DNA from: a virus
Taxonomy: Duplodnaviria; Caudoviricetes
Direction: 5' to 3' (one strand)
IMG/VR virus record: IMGVR_UViG_2582581314_000001
Location: 29,903 to 93,902 of that record
DNA: 64,000 nucleotides
Positions within the stretch are counted from its first letter, which is position 1. Every line of letters begins with the position of its first letter. Both the position numbers and the translations under genes were made by a program. Below the pieces are notes generated by a model. The model was not told the DNA's origin. It did no database searches and worked only from the letters and a program-made list of their open reading frames with translations. Positions 56,006-64,000 of this stretch are shown here, one piece after another.

Positions 56006-56254
56006 TCATGCGCGCGGGTCTCTGAGTCGGGCCCGCTCCGCGTACTCCTGCGCGGCGTACGCCTGCCTGCGGGCCCGGTGCGTCTCTGCACAGGTCTTGT
56101 GGGACGGGCGGCCTTCCTCGTCGCGGAGGTTGGTCGGCCCCTTGCAGTACCGGCACGGCCGCCGCCATTCGGCCCAGTGGGATTTCGAGTTCGACCAGTC
56201 GAGAACTCCGCTCGCCGGGAGGTCAGGCAGCGTCGGCGGTTTTGCCCGCGCCAT
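56006..56254 (-). CDS. Small zinc-binding protein
   Basis: CRYC...HKTC; AGGAGG RBS. Confidence 0.6.
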   Translation of the reverse strand: MARAKPPTLPDLPASGVLDWSNSKSHWAEWRRPCRYCKGPTNLRDEEGRPSHKTCAETHRARRQAYAAQEYAERARLRDPRA

Positions 56255-56579
56255 CGCCGCCCTCCTCCCGTCTGCGGTCGTTCCGGCGGCAAGCACGCCT
56301 CTGTTGCCGCCGCCGGAACGTCTTCCGCTCGTCCTTGTCCAAGCCGCCCCAGACGCCGTTCGGCTCCGGTCGCTCGAGAGCTGCTTCAAGGCACGCCTCG
56401 ATCACCGGGCACCGGGCACAGACCGCTTTCGCTTCCCTGGTGACGAGCAGCACCAGCCCCTTGGGGAAGTCCTCGGGGAAGAAGATCGAGCGGTCGTCCA
56501 ACTCGCGGCAGGCGGCCCGGTCGGCCCAGTGCGGAGCACGCGAGAGGGTGTCGGGCGCGTAGCGGCTTGGACGAGGCAT
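56223..56579 (-). CDS. whiB: WhiB-family transcriptional regulator
   Basis: W..RAAC...FFP...AKAVCARCPV..AC...GVWGG. Confidence 0.92.
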   Translation of the reverse strand: MPRPSRYAPDTLSRAPHWADRAACRELDDRSIFFPEDFPKGLVLLVTREAKAVCARCPVIEACLEAALERPEPNGVWGGLDKDERKTFRRRQQRRACRRNDRRREEGGDGAGKTADAA

Positions 56580-56818
56580 CAGCCGCCGGCCTCCGCACTC
56601 GGGTAGGCAACCCGCTGGAACACGATCGTGTCCGCGTCGACGGAGGGCGCCGTCACCTCAGCGGGCTGCTCGGACCGGCCGGGACGCGGCCGACGGTGCT
56701 TGCCCGTCGGCCGCAGCTCCAGCCACGCCCACACGGCCAGGCCCGGGGCGAGGAGCAGCAGCCACCACCAGCTGAGGTTTTCGGCGATCCAGATCAGAAC
56801 GTCCAGGGCCGTCTTCAT
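56579..56818 (-). CDS. Small membrane protein
   Basis: Coupled start, TM helix, GKHRR motif. Confidence 0.55.
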   Translation of the reverse strand: MKTALDVLIWIAENLSWWWLLLLAPGLAVWAWLELRPTGKHRRPRPGRSEQPAEVTAPSVDADTIVFQRVAYPSAEAGG

Positions 56819-57027
56819 CCCTCGGCCTCCCGCCAGTTCATGACGGTCTTCTCCGTGACGCCGAGCAGCTTCGCGACGCTGCGCGCCGACGCCGTCGAGT
56901 GCTTCGCCGCGTACCGCAGCTCTTCCGGCTCCAGCTCCGTGTACGGCAACGTCCCCTTGAGGACCCGCTGAACGGCCACCACGTCGACGCCCCGGTCCCA
57001 GGTGGCGAAGTCGGTCAGGCTGTTCAC
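56815..57027 (-). CDS. Small HTH protein
   Basis: SARSVAKLLGVTEKTVMNWR. Confidence 0.7.
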   Translation of the reverse strand: MNSLTDFATWDRGVDVVAVQRVLKGTLPYTELEPEELRYAAKHSTASARSVAKLLGVTEKTVMNWREAEG

Positions 57028-57467
57028 TCCGCCTCACCGGCCTTCTGCGCCTCGCGCATGACCCGGTCCTGCTGGTGCTCACCGGCAACGCAGCCCGGGA
57101 TCTTGCACGACCGGGTCACGTTTCCTTCCGGCTCACGCCCGTGGTGCAGCCGGAACGCCACCCGGTACGCGGTCTGGATGCTCGTCCGATGCCGGACCAC
57201 GGGCGTCCCGCACTTCTCGCGCGGGCCGGTCCACCGCCGGTGACCGCCCTCAACGGGCTCGGACTGCTCGGTGAACGCCTCCTCCCACGAGCGGTAGGCC
57301 GCGCGCCGGCCACGGACGTACGAGGGCAACCCGACCCGCTTACGCACCTCGTCGACCCGCCGCCAGCCGCAGCCCAGTTGGGCCGCCACGGCCGAGTTCG
57401 AGATGTCCTCCTGGGCGAGCAGGGCCCGAAGTATCTGCTCGTCGCTGACCTCGACGATCGTGGTCAT
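57024..57467 (-). CDS. HTH / degenerate HNH-like protein
   Basis: SNSAVAAQLGC HTH; WTG...AYRVAF...C..PGCV..EH HNH-like remnant. Confidence 0.55.
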   Translation of the reverse strand: MTTIVEVSDEQILRALLAQEDISNSAVAAQLGCGWRRVDEVRKRVGLPSYVRGRRAAYRSWEEAFTEQSEPVEGGHRRWTGPREKCGTPVVRHRTSIQTAYRVAFRLHHGREPEGNVTRSCKIPGCVAGEHQQDRVMREAQKAGEAE

Positions 57468-58069
57468 TGCTTCACCTCCGGCCATGTGGCTTTCTCGACT
57501 GCGGCGCGGTGCGCCTTGGGCATGTCGGTGATCGGGGCGAGCAGCCAGTCACGGCCGGACGCCATGAGCGTCACGGCGTCGGCCGCGTTGTCGTTGCCGC
57601 CGGTCTGCCACTGCGGCCACCGGCGAGCGACGGCGTCCACGACGGCCGTCTTCGGCCCCGACCCCTTGCCGGTCGCGTACAAAATCCGCTGGTTCGGGGA
57701 CAGGAGACCGATGGGGATCCCGGCGTCCGTGAGCCGCTCGAAGACGCGCCACCACAGCCAGCCACGCTCGTGCGCGCCGCCGCCGGACCTGGACAGGGCC
57801 GCCGCCTCGATGACGGCAAGGTCCGGACGGCCGATCGCTTCCGTCACCGCGTCCAGGACGCGCCGCATGTGGACGAGCCGCACGCCGTGCGGGAGCTTGG
57901 TGATCGGGTTCTTCTTGTCCTCATAGCCGATCACCTGGCACCACCCCATCGAGGAGGCGAGGCCGGTAGCCGAGAGGGACAGGTCCACCCCGACAACGCA
58001 TGGGCCGGGAGGAACCTCGGCCTCTGGCGCCGGGTCCGATGCGAACAGGTGGATGCTCTTCAGTGTCAC
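57464..58069 (-). CDS. RuvC-like Holliday junction resolvase
   Basis: VGVDLSLSATG, VIE, YATGKG..K, DNAADA. Confidence 0.85.
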   Translation of the reverse strand: MTLKSIHLFASDPAPEAEVPPGPCVVGVDLSLSATGLASSMGWCQVIGYEDKKNPITKLPHGVRLVHMRRVLDAVTEAIGRPDLAVIEAAALSRSGGGAHERGWLWWRVFERLTDAGIPIGLLSPNQRILYATGKGSGPKTAVVDAVARRWPQWQTGGNDNAADAVTLMASGRDWLLAPITDMPKAHRAAVEKATWPEVKQ

Positions 58070-58791
58070 TGGGTACCGCCCTTGGCGACCCGCAGCGGGC
58101 GCACCGCGACGTAGTCCTCGGTGATCTGCTCGGGCAGCTGGATTCGCGTGAGCACCAGGTCGTCGGGGTCGGCGACGCCGAGGTTCACCTTCGCGTCCAG
58201 GTAGCGGCCCGGCAGTTCGGCCAGATCCAGGCCCACGGCCTGTGCGAGGAAGTCAGCGAGGACCGTGACCTGTCGATCCATGTGCCAGCCGATGACGACT
58301 ACCTTCGCCGTCCGCGTCTTCACGTCGACCGAGTTCACGTGGACCGCGCTGGTGTAGCGAGGCTCTTCGAGTGCCAGCAGGTACCGGCGGCCCAACTGGG
58401 TGATCCGCCACGCGTCCTCCTGGCCGTCCGCGTACCGGCGGGCGCGCAGCCCGCGCAGCTCCTCGGTGGGGTCCTGGAACGATTCGCCGCCGGCCAGGGC
58501 CCGCAGCACGTGCTCGGCCGCCTTCGGCAGCGGCTGCTCGATGGTCGCGTGCTTCACTACGCGGATCTGCGCAACGCGCCACGCGTGCGTGCCGCGGGTC
58601 GTCTCCGCCGAGCACGGGCACGCGGAGACGATGGCGACCGTCTCCGGGTCGGCCACGTGGCCGTGGCACTGCATCACGCTGTTCCGGCCCTTCTCGCACA
58701 AGCGGGCAGAGCAGCACGGGCAGTTGGGGCACGGAGCCTGAGCCGGGCGCAGATACTCAGGTCCGAACGACTCGTCGATGGTGATGGTCAT
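58066..58791 (-). CDS. Hypothetical protein (Cys cluster + wHTH-like)
   Basis: CPNCPCC...C; WRITQLGR; coupled start and stop. Confidence 0.6.
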   Translation of the reverse strand: MTITIDESFGPEYLRPAQAPCPNCPCCSARLCEKGRNSVMQCHGHVADPETVAIVSACPCSAETTRGTHAWRVAQIRVVKHATIEQPLPKAAEHVLRALAGGESFQDPTEELRGLRARRYADGQEDAWRITQLGRRYLLALEEPRYTSAVHVNSVDVKTRTAKVVVIGWHMDRQVTVLADFLAQAVGLDLAELPGRYLDAKVNLGVADPDDLVLTRIQLPEQITEDYVAVRPLRVAKGGTQ

Positions 58792-59015
58792 GAGTCCTGT
58801 CCTGGGGTTTCGTGTCCGCAGTCGAAGCACTTCCGGGAGCCGTCAGCGCGCATCCCGTGCGCCGTCCGGCGCTTCTCACGCGGGCAGTCGTCGAAGTCAG
58901 CGATGTCGGCGCGGCCTTGGGCCCACAGAGCGGGCAGCGCCAGTACGGGACGGGCCGGGGCGGGGGCCGGGCCCGCGAACAGTGCGCGGGCCCGGCTCCA
59001 ACAAGCGGCGAGCAC
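58788..59015 (-). CDS. Small hypothetical protein
   Basis: C...H...CFDC; fills operon gap. Confidence 0.5.
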   Translation of the reverse strand: MLAACWSRARALFAGPAPAPARPVLALPALWAQGRADIADFDDCPREKRRTAHGMRADGSRKCFDCGHETPGQDS

Positions 59016-59017
59016 GC

Positions 59018-59965
59018 CTACCGCCTCTTGTTCTTGTCGCGGTTACGGCGCCTGGGCTTCGCCCGGCCGCGCGTCTTGACCGTCAGGCGGGGCACCGGAA
59101 CGTCCTGCGACGCCTCGGCCGCCCGCGCGGCCTGCCGCGCCTCCGCCTCCAGCGCGGCCGTCTCCGGGTCGATCGCCGCAAGGATCTGCGGCTTGCCGTC
59201 CTCGGCGGCCTGCTCGACCTCGATCAGCGCCCGAAGCTCAGCCGACTTCGGCACGAGCTTCGCCATGCGCCGGATCGCCGTCTTCAAGTGCATGTCGTCG
59301 AAGCGGGTGTGCCACAGCGAGTCCTTCTTGCCGCTCGACTCGGCCCGCTGGTAGGCGCGGCTGAACTCGTCGCGGATCGCTTCCGCTTCCTCGACGGTGA
59401 CGACCGCGACCGCCGACCGGGCGCCGCCCTCCAGCCACGCGAACGCGTACGCGAACAGCGTTGGCCGGTCCTTCTTCGACGCCAGCAGGTTCGGCTTGTG
59501 CACGAAGTCGTCGCCAACCCGGGCGGTGGGCACGTAGTCCCACTCGTCGCCGTCGTAGACCAGGCCAGCCACCACGGACTTCACCAGACCCGACCGGTAC
59601 ATCAGCTCGATGTAGCCGTGATACGTAGCGAGGAACGTCGCGATCCGGTCGTCAGCGGTGATGACCGCCTGATGGCCGTCCGGGATCAGCCCGAACCTGG
59701 CGCACGTGATGACGCTCTGGAGCACGCTCGCCTGCGTGCACTGCCGCAGCTTCGGCAGGGCGGGGCGGAGCGCCGCGAGGAACAAGTCCACGCTTACGTG
59801 CTTCGGCAAAGCGGCCTCGATGTCGGCCCGGAACTGCTCGATGTTGTGGTCCTGCCCGGCGGCCCTGTCCTCGACGTCGTCCGCCTGGCCGTGCCGGATG
59901 TCCTCGGTGCTGGCGACGGCCGCCGCCCGTTGCTGGACTCGTTCCTTCAGGGTGGTCAGGGCCAT
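59018..59965 (-). CDS. recT: RecT-family single-strand annealing protein
   Basis: ALPKH..., LRQCT..S, GLIP, YHGYIELMYRSG, W...FDDM.LKTAIRR..K.VPKS. Confidence 0.9.
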   Translation of the reverse strand: MALTTLKERVQQRAAAVASTEDIRHGQADDVEDRAAGQDHNIEQFRADIEAALPKHVSVDLFLAALRPALPKLRQCTQASVLQSVITCARFGLIPDGHQAVITADDRIATFLATYHGYIELMYRSGLVKSVVAGLVYDGDEWDYVPTARVGDDFVHKPNLLASKKDRPTLFAYAFAWLEGGARSAVAVVTVEEAEAIRDEFSRAYQRAESSGKKDSLWHTRFDDMHLKTAIRRMAKLVPKSAELRALIEVEQAAEDGKPQILAAIDPETAALEAEARQAARAAEASQDVPVPRLTVKTRGRAKPRRRNRDKNKRR

Positions 59966-61152
59966 CACAGCTCCCTCGCGGGCACGCGGAGGACCCTCGC
60001 GCGGCACGCCTCGTACTCGGCGGAGTACTTCTCCTTGATCAGGTCCATGTCGAAGACCTCGACCGTCGTCCGGCACTCGGCCGCAATGGCCGGGTAGTCC
60101 TTCTCGAACTGCTTCGTCGAGAACGTCCCGTTGGGGATGTACGACCAGGCCTTCTTGCCGTCGACCTCCGCGACACCGGCCGCGCCGCACGCAAGGCGCA
60201 TCTCGTTCTCGACCGTGGTCTTCTGCTCGTCCAGTTCCTTGATCTGGGCGGCCAGCGCCGCGCGCCGCTTCCGCAGCTTCTCCGCCTTAAGGCGGGGCAC
60301 CTCGACGACGTCCTTCGGCTTGACGTGCCACAGGCGGCCGAGGAGTTCCTTCGTGGCCTCCAGTCCGTCAGCGGGAGGCGGGAAGCCCTCAACGATGTGC
60401 CGCTGGAACCACTTCCCGCAGACGTCGATAAGGGTCTCGATCAGCTCCTGGTCCCGCTCGATGCGGTGGTAGCGGAGCGTGTTCCCGCCGACGAGGGCGA
60501 CGGCCCAGCCGTACGGCCAGCCGCCGACCGCCATGTTCCAGTGGACCTGGAGCGCGGGCGCGTCGGGCACGCCGTCTTCCCAGTCGGCCAGCTGGTAGGC
60601 GCTGCGGTTCTTCAGCTCGACCGGGGCGAGGACGGCGCCGGTCTGGGGATCGAGGGCGTATCGGTCGACGTTGGAGCGCATCCACGGTCGTTCGATGTTC
60701 GCGAGCGTTCCTGGCGTCGGCACGGCCGGTATGCCGGTCCGCTTCGTGAACAGCTGGGCAATGAAGTCCTCGATTTCCAGGCCGACTTCGGCGTACTCGC
60801 TCAGCTCGGCGTCCATCGGGACGGGCCGCCCGTGCTTCTCCTCGTAGACGTGGCGGGGGCCCTGGTACTTGTTCAGGCCGAGGATCTTCGCGACCTCGGA
60901 CCCGCCGATGCCGCTGCGGCGGACCTCTTCCCACCGGCTGCGGTGCTCGACGTCGTTCAGGTCACCGGCGGACAGGATCAGCCGCGCGGTCGGTGCCCCG
61001 TACGCGAGGTCATCTGAAGCGGCCTCGCCCGGGGCCCACGGTTGGGTAGCCTGAGGAGCCAACGTTCCTTCTCCTTGGTCGGATCGTTCGAGAAATCGAG
61101 GCCGTCGAGCTGTGCTGAGCTCGGCGGCCTCGCTGTTTGTGGGCGCCGTCAC
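59965..61152 (-). CDS. YqaJ/lambda-exonuclease family recombinase
   Basis: RRSGIGGSEVA.ILG, SNVDR, ELKN, QVHWNM. Confidence 0.9.
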   Translation of the reverse strand: MTAPTNSEAAELSTARRPRFLERSDQGEGTLAPQATQPWAPGEAASDDLAYGAPTARLILSAGDLNDVEHRSRWEEVRRSGIGGSEVAKILGLNKYQGPRHVYEEKHGRPVPMDAELSEYAEVGLEIEDFIAQLFTKRTGIPAVPTPGTLANIERPWMRSNVDRYALDPQTGAVLAPVELKNRSAYQLADWEDGVPDAPALQVHWNMAVGGWPYGWAVALVGGNTLRYHRIERDQELIETLIDVCGKWFQRHIVEGFPPPADGLEATKELLGRLWHVKPKDVVEVPRLKAEKLRKRRAALAAQIKELDEQKTTVENEMRLACGAAGVAEVDGKKAWSYIPNGTFSTKQFEKDYPAIAAECRTTVEVFDMDLIKEKYSAEYEACRARVLRVPAREL

Positions 61153-61442
61153 GACGCCTGTCGCTTCGCGGCCATGGGCGGCTCGTCGTCGATCCGCGTC
61201 ACGCCGGAGCTGGGTTGCAGGTCCGAGACCGAACAGCCGACAACGCGCGCCATCGCGCGCAGCCGGTCCGGGCTCGCGTTGCGACGGCCGGCCTCGATGT
61301 CACACATGAGTTGGAAGCTGAATCCGCACTGCTCCGCCAGGGCCTTCTGTGTCAGTCCGGCGTTCTCGCGTGCTCGTGTCACCGCCTCTGGTGAGTGATG
61401 AAGGGGCGCGCCTTTACGGCGTCGCATGCGGCTGATGTTCAT
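61149..61442 (-). CDS. Cro-like XRE regulator
   Basis: ARENAGLTQKALAEQCGFSFQLMCDIEAGRR; first gene of early leftward operon. Confidence 0.82.
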   Translation of the reverse strand: MNISRMRRRKGAPLHHSPEAVTRARENAGLTQKALAEQCGFSFQLMCDIEAGRRNASPDRLRAMARVVGCSVSDLQPSSGVTRIDDEPPMAAKRQAS

Positions 61443-61593
61443 GTGCGCAGTCTATGCGTAGTGACGCGTAGCGTGAACATTTCGCGCGTAGTTTGCGATC
61501 AGTGTGACCTCTGTCACACGAGTACGTGTCAGGCCCTGCCATCCCGTGCGATCGTGTAGCGAAGTACTGCGTAGTTGTGCGAACCTTCGCTGT

Positions 61594-62067
61594 ATGGATG
61601 CGCAGACCCCTGAACCGCCCGCAGAGGCCGTTCTGATCAAGGAGGCTCTTCGCCGAGCCCGCCTATCAGGGCGTGAAGCGGCGCGAAGAGTGCCCATCAG
61701 CGAGACCAGGTGGCGGCAGATCGTCAACGGCTACCAGGACGTCGGAGGCGTACGTATCGCGGTAATCGCGCCGGACGACACACTCGCCCGCATGGCGCAA
61801 GTCGTCGGCCTCACCTCAGACCAGCTCCGCCAGGCCGGCCGCAGCGACGCCGCCGACATCCTCGACGAACTCGCCGGGCCGCCGTCCCCGGCCAGCACGG
61901 TGGGGGCAACCGACAGCAACGCGCAGATCGAGGCGATCACCGCACTTCTGGCCACCCTCAGCCCGGAGGCTCGGGAAGAGGTGTTGAGCCGGTTCAATCG
62001 CCCGGCAGTCGGCGAGACCGGCCGGGCGGACGTCCCGGAGAACACCAGACATCGCAAGGCGAGTTGA
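61594..62067 (+). CDS. CI-like immunity repressor (HTH)
   Basis: LSGREAARRVPISETRWRQIVNG; divergent from Cro-like gene. Confidence 0.78.
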   Translation: MDAQTPEPPAEAVLIKEALRRARLSGREAARRVPISETRWRQIVNGYQDVGGVRIAVIAPDDTLARMAQVVGLTSDQLRQAGRSDAADILDELAGPPSPASTVGATDSNAQIEAITALLATLSPEAREEVLSRFNRPAVGETGRADVPENTRHRKAS

Positions 62068-62187
62068 CACGGGGTGTAACCCTGAGTAACGCTATGGCCA
62101 CGATCTTGGACCGGAGTGGAAACGAATTACCGACCAGTAGGATCATGACCCCCTGAATCGAACGTACGTTTCGAATGGGGGGCCCAC

Positions 62188-63237
62188 GTGGCTCATGTTC
62201 TCTTGGCCGGCGTGCTCGGTGCGGCAGTCCTGGCATTAGTCCTGCTCCACAAGAACCAGCAGAGACAGACTGCGCGTCTGACAAAGATCGAAGCTGAGTT
62301 CGCCGCCGAGAAGATCGCTCGTCTCACGCAGCAACTGGTTCCGCCCGCCATACCGGCAGAAGAGGAGGAACCCCCCGAGCCGGCGCGCCGCAAACGCCAC
62401 CTCGCTCTTTACATCGGCGGCGGGGTAGCTGCCATCGTCAGCTCGCTCGGTGCGCGCCTCCGCTCCATGTGGAAGAGGAGCCCGGCCCTCGCAACGACCG
62501 GAACCGTCGCCGTCGTTGCCGTAGCAACCACCGCCGCGGCCTTATGCCTCCCCTCAAACGGCACCACGCCGGACACCCCCAACGCGCCGCAGCCCGCCAC
62601 CGTCTCGAACCCGCCCCACGCCAAGGTCTCTGAAACCCCTGGCCCGCCATCCGGGGCCAGCCTCACGGACGATGACAGAGCGGCCGCGAACGACACCGTG
62701 CACAAGACCACCGAGGGCAGCAGTTTCAAGGTGCTGAGATCCGGCGCGGGGGAACCGCCGGAGCCTGCCGTCAGCAATGAAACGGAACGCCCCTCGCAGA
62801 ACGCCGACCAGCCCTCACAGCCCACTCGGCCGACCACGCCGAGGCCGAGTCCGAGCGATCCGGGACCGGGTTCGAGCGATCCGGGTCCAGGTCCCAGTGA
62901 TCCGGGGCCGAGCGATCCGGGACCTGTGACGCCTCCATCTCTCACGGTCGGGCCAGTGAGACTCGCAGACACAGAGAAGCGATGGTGCGAGGACGTGACC
63001 GTGGAGTTCCGCAACACCGGCGGCTCACCGGCGACGTCCGGCACGGTCACCTTCGGGACACACATCCTCGACTTGCTCGGCAGCGACTGGGCCACGATCA
63101 CGCAGACCCGGGCCCTGCCCGCACCGATCCCGGCCGGCGGCGAGATCGAGCACACGTGGACGCTGTGCGTCGAGGCCTGGCGGGTGCCGCCCGGCTGGCT
63201 CATCGACACCCGGGACGTCGCCGCAGTGCTGAACTAG
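62188..63237 (+). CDS. Membrane-anchored Pro-rich protein with C-terminal beta-sandwich
   Basis: TM helices, SDPGPG repeats, two TTA codons. Confidence 0.7.
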   Translation: MAHVLLAGVLGAAVLALVLLHKNQQRQTARLTKIEAEFAAEKIARLTQQLVPPAIPAEEEEPPEPARRKRHLALYIGGGVAAIVSSLGARLRSMWKRSPALATTGTVAVVAVATTAAALCLPSNGTTPDTPNAPQPATVSNPPHAKVSETPGPPSGASLTDDDRAAANDTVHKTTEGSSFKVLRSGAGEPPEPAVSNETERPSQNADQPSQPTRPTTPRPSPSDPGPGSSDPGPGPSDPGPSDPGPVTPPSLTVGPVRLADTEKRWCEDVTVEFRNTGGSPATSGTVTFGTHILDLLGSDWATITQTRALPAPIPAGGEIEHTWTLCVEAWRVPPGWLIDTRDVAAVLN

Positions 63238-63363
63238 CGGGGCGCCCGAGGGGTGGCGCTGCTCTGGTCTCAGTGGCCAGCCGTACCCCCAACTAGACCG
63301 TCGGAGTGGGGGTTTTCACTTCGGGCGAGCAATGGGCGAGCTAACAATCTTGAGGGATGCAGA

Positions 63364-63389
63364 AAGGCCCCCGTCTCAGCGGGGGCCTT
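63364..63389. terminator. Hairpin terminator downstream of tRNA-Ile
   Basis: aaggcccccg-tctcag-cgggggcctt. Confidence 0.7.
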
Positions 63390-63430
63390 GTCGTCATCGC
63401 AGGTAGAAACGGTTCTGCCCGCGTAGCGAG

Positions 63431-63507
63431 TGGTGGGGCGGGTGGGACTCGAACCCACGGCCGACGGATTATGAGTCCGCTGCTCTAACCGGCTGAGCTA
63501 CCGCCCC
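63431..63507 (-). tRNA. tRNA-Ile(CAT) (lysidine type; Met not excluded), probable integration site
   Basis: GGGGCGGTAGCTCAGCCGGTTAGAGCAGCGGACTCATAATCCGTCGGCCGTGGGTTCGAGTCCCACCCGCCCCACCA. Confidence 0.92.
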
Positions 63508-63674
63508 ATTACGGCGCGTCGCGCACATTTGTGCGCGCCGTCTGCCGCAGCATAGCCGCTCATACGATCTCCTGCTTCGGATGGTCGACTTCGCACGAGC
63601 ATGAGGACTGCGGTGCGGCCTGCACGGTTGCACCGGACATGAAAAAGGACCCCTACGGGGTCCCCTTCAGCATG

Positions 63675-63747
63675 CTCCCCCGACTGGACTCGAACCAGTA
63701 ACCTGCCGGTTAACAGCCGGCTGCTCTGCCAATTGAGCTACGGAGGA
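63675..63747 (-). tRNA. tRNA-Asn(GTT)
   Basis: TCCTCCGTAGCTCAATTGGCAGAGCAGCCGGCTGTTAACCGGCAGGTTACTGGTTCGAGTCCAGTCGGGGGAG. Confidence 0.96.
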
Positions 63748-63752
63748 CCGAG

Positions 63753-63825
63753 CTCCCCCGACTGGACTCGAACCAGTAACCTGCCGGTTAACAGCCGGCT
63801 GCTCTGCCAATTGAGCTACGGAGGA
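63753..63825 (-). tRNA. tRNA-Asn(GTT)
   Basis: Identical tandem copy. Confidence 0.96.
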
Positions 63826-64000
63826 ATGCCCTGTTGCATCGAACGTACCTACCTGGGTATTCGCCAGGGGGCGCGCGCTCGCTGCGACACATACATTAGC
63901 GCAAGCAGGGGGGTGCTCCGCCAATCGGTTCCCCCCGGCGCCGACCGCCGCACCAACGACCTACGCAAGGGAAGGGTGGCCGCCATGCGTTACAAGCTCA

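Larger units (their letters stand above)
1..63430. mobile_element. Prophage (partial, continues left of window), right boundary at 3' end of tRNA-Ile(CAT)
   Basis: Terminase, portal, capsid, RecT/YqaJ, RuvC, WhiB and CI/Cro switch in typical temperate-phage order, abutting a tRNA 3' end; integrase not in window. Confidence 0.93.

Noticed and set aside
62840-62926. Short gagcgatccggg repeats as regulatory iterons
   Set aside because: Encode SDPGPG linker repeats within the membrane protein
63667-63924. 85-aa ORF with duplicated peptide
   Set aside because: Artefact of translating two tandem tRNA-Asn genes
1-64000. Reverse transcriptase/DGR, integron integrase, TraB or phage RNA polymerase that would explain the repeats
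   Set aside because: No YADD, tyrosine-recombinase RHRY, FtsK or RNAP motifs recognised in any ORF of this window

Overview
High-GC actinobacterial (Streptomyces-like) window almost entirely filled by the right-hand ~63.4 kb of a large prophage that ends at the 3' end of a chromosomal tRNA-Ile(CAT) gene, followed by two host tRNA-Asn(GTT) genes. Most phage genes are on the minus strand. Right to left: CI/Cro-like switch; YqaJ/RecT recombination; RuvC-like resolvase; WhiB; replication initiator with internal palindromic iterons; morons (TM-nuclease, MITE-flanked gene, pentapeptide protein); a plasmid-like membrane gene cluster; a ~20 kb accessory region divided into cassettes by nine copies of a ~90-bp palindromic element (three DNA methyltransferases, ParB, ComM-N-domain proteins, many hypotheticals); a non-canonical tRNA-Gly(TCC); a methyltransferase-fold/Mom-like GNAT fusion with a ParB-like partner; terminase; portal; a MuF/2H-phosphoesterase/protease fusion; major capsid; and Cys-rich repeat structural proteins. 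Integrase, tail and lysis genes are not seen and presumably lie left of the window. Best candidates for new biology: (1) a dedicated, probably non-ribosomal tRNA-Gly paired with a Mom-like DNA-hypermodification enzyme; (2) the nine-copy covarying hairpin/promoter cassette array. All product calls come from motif recognition by eye; no database searches were run.
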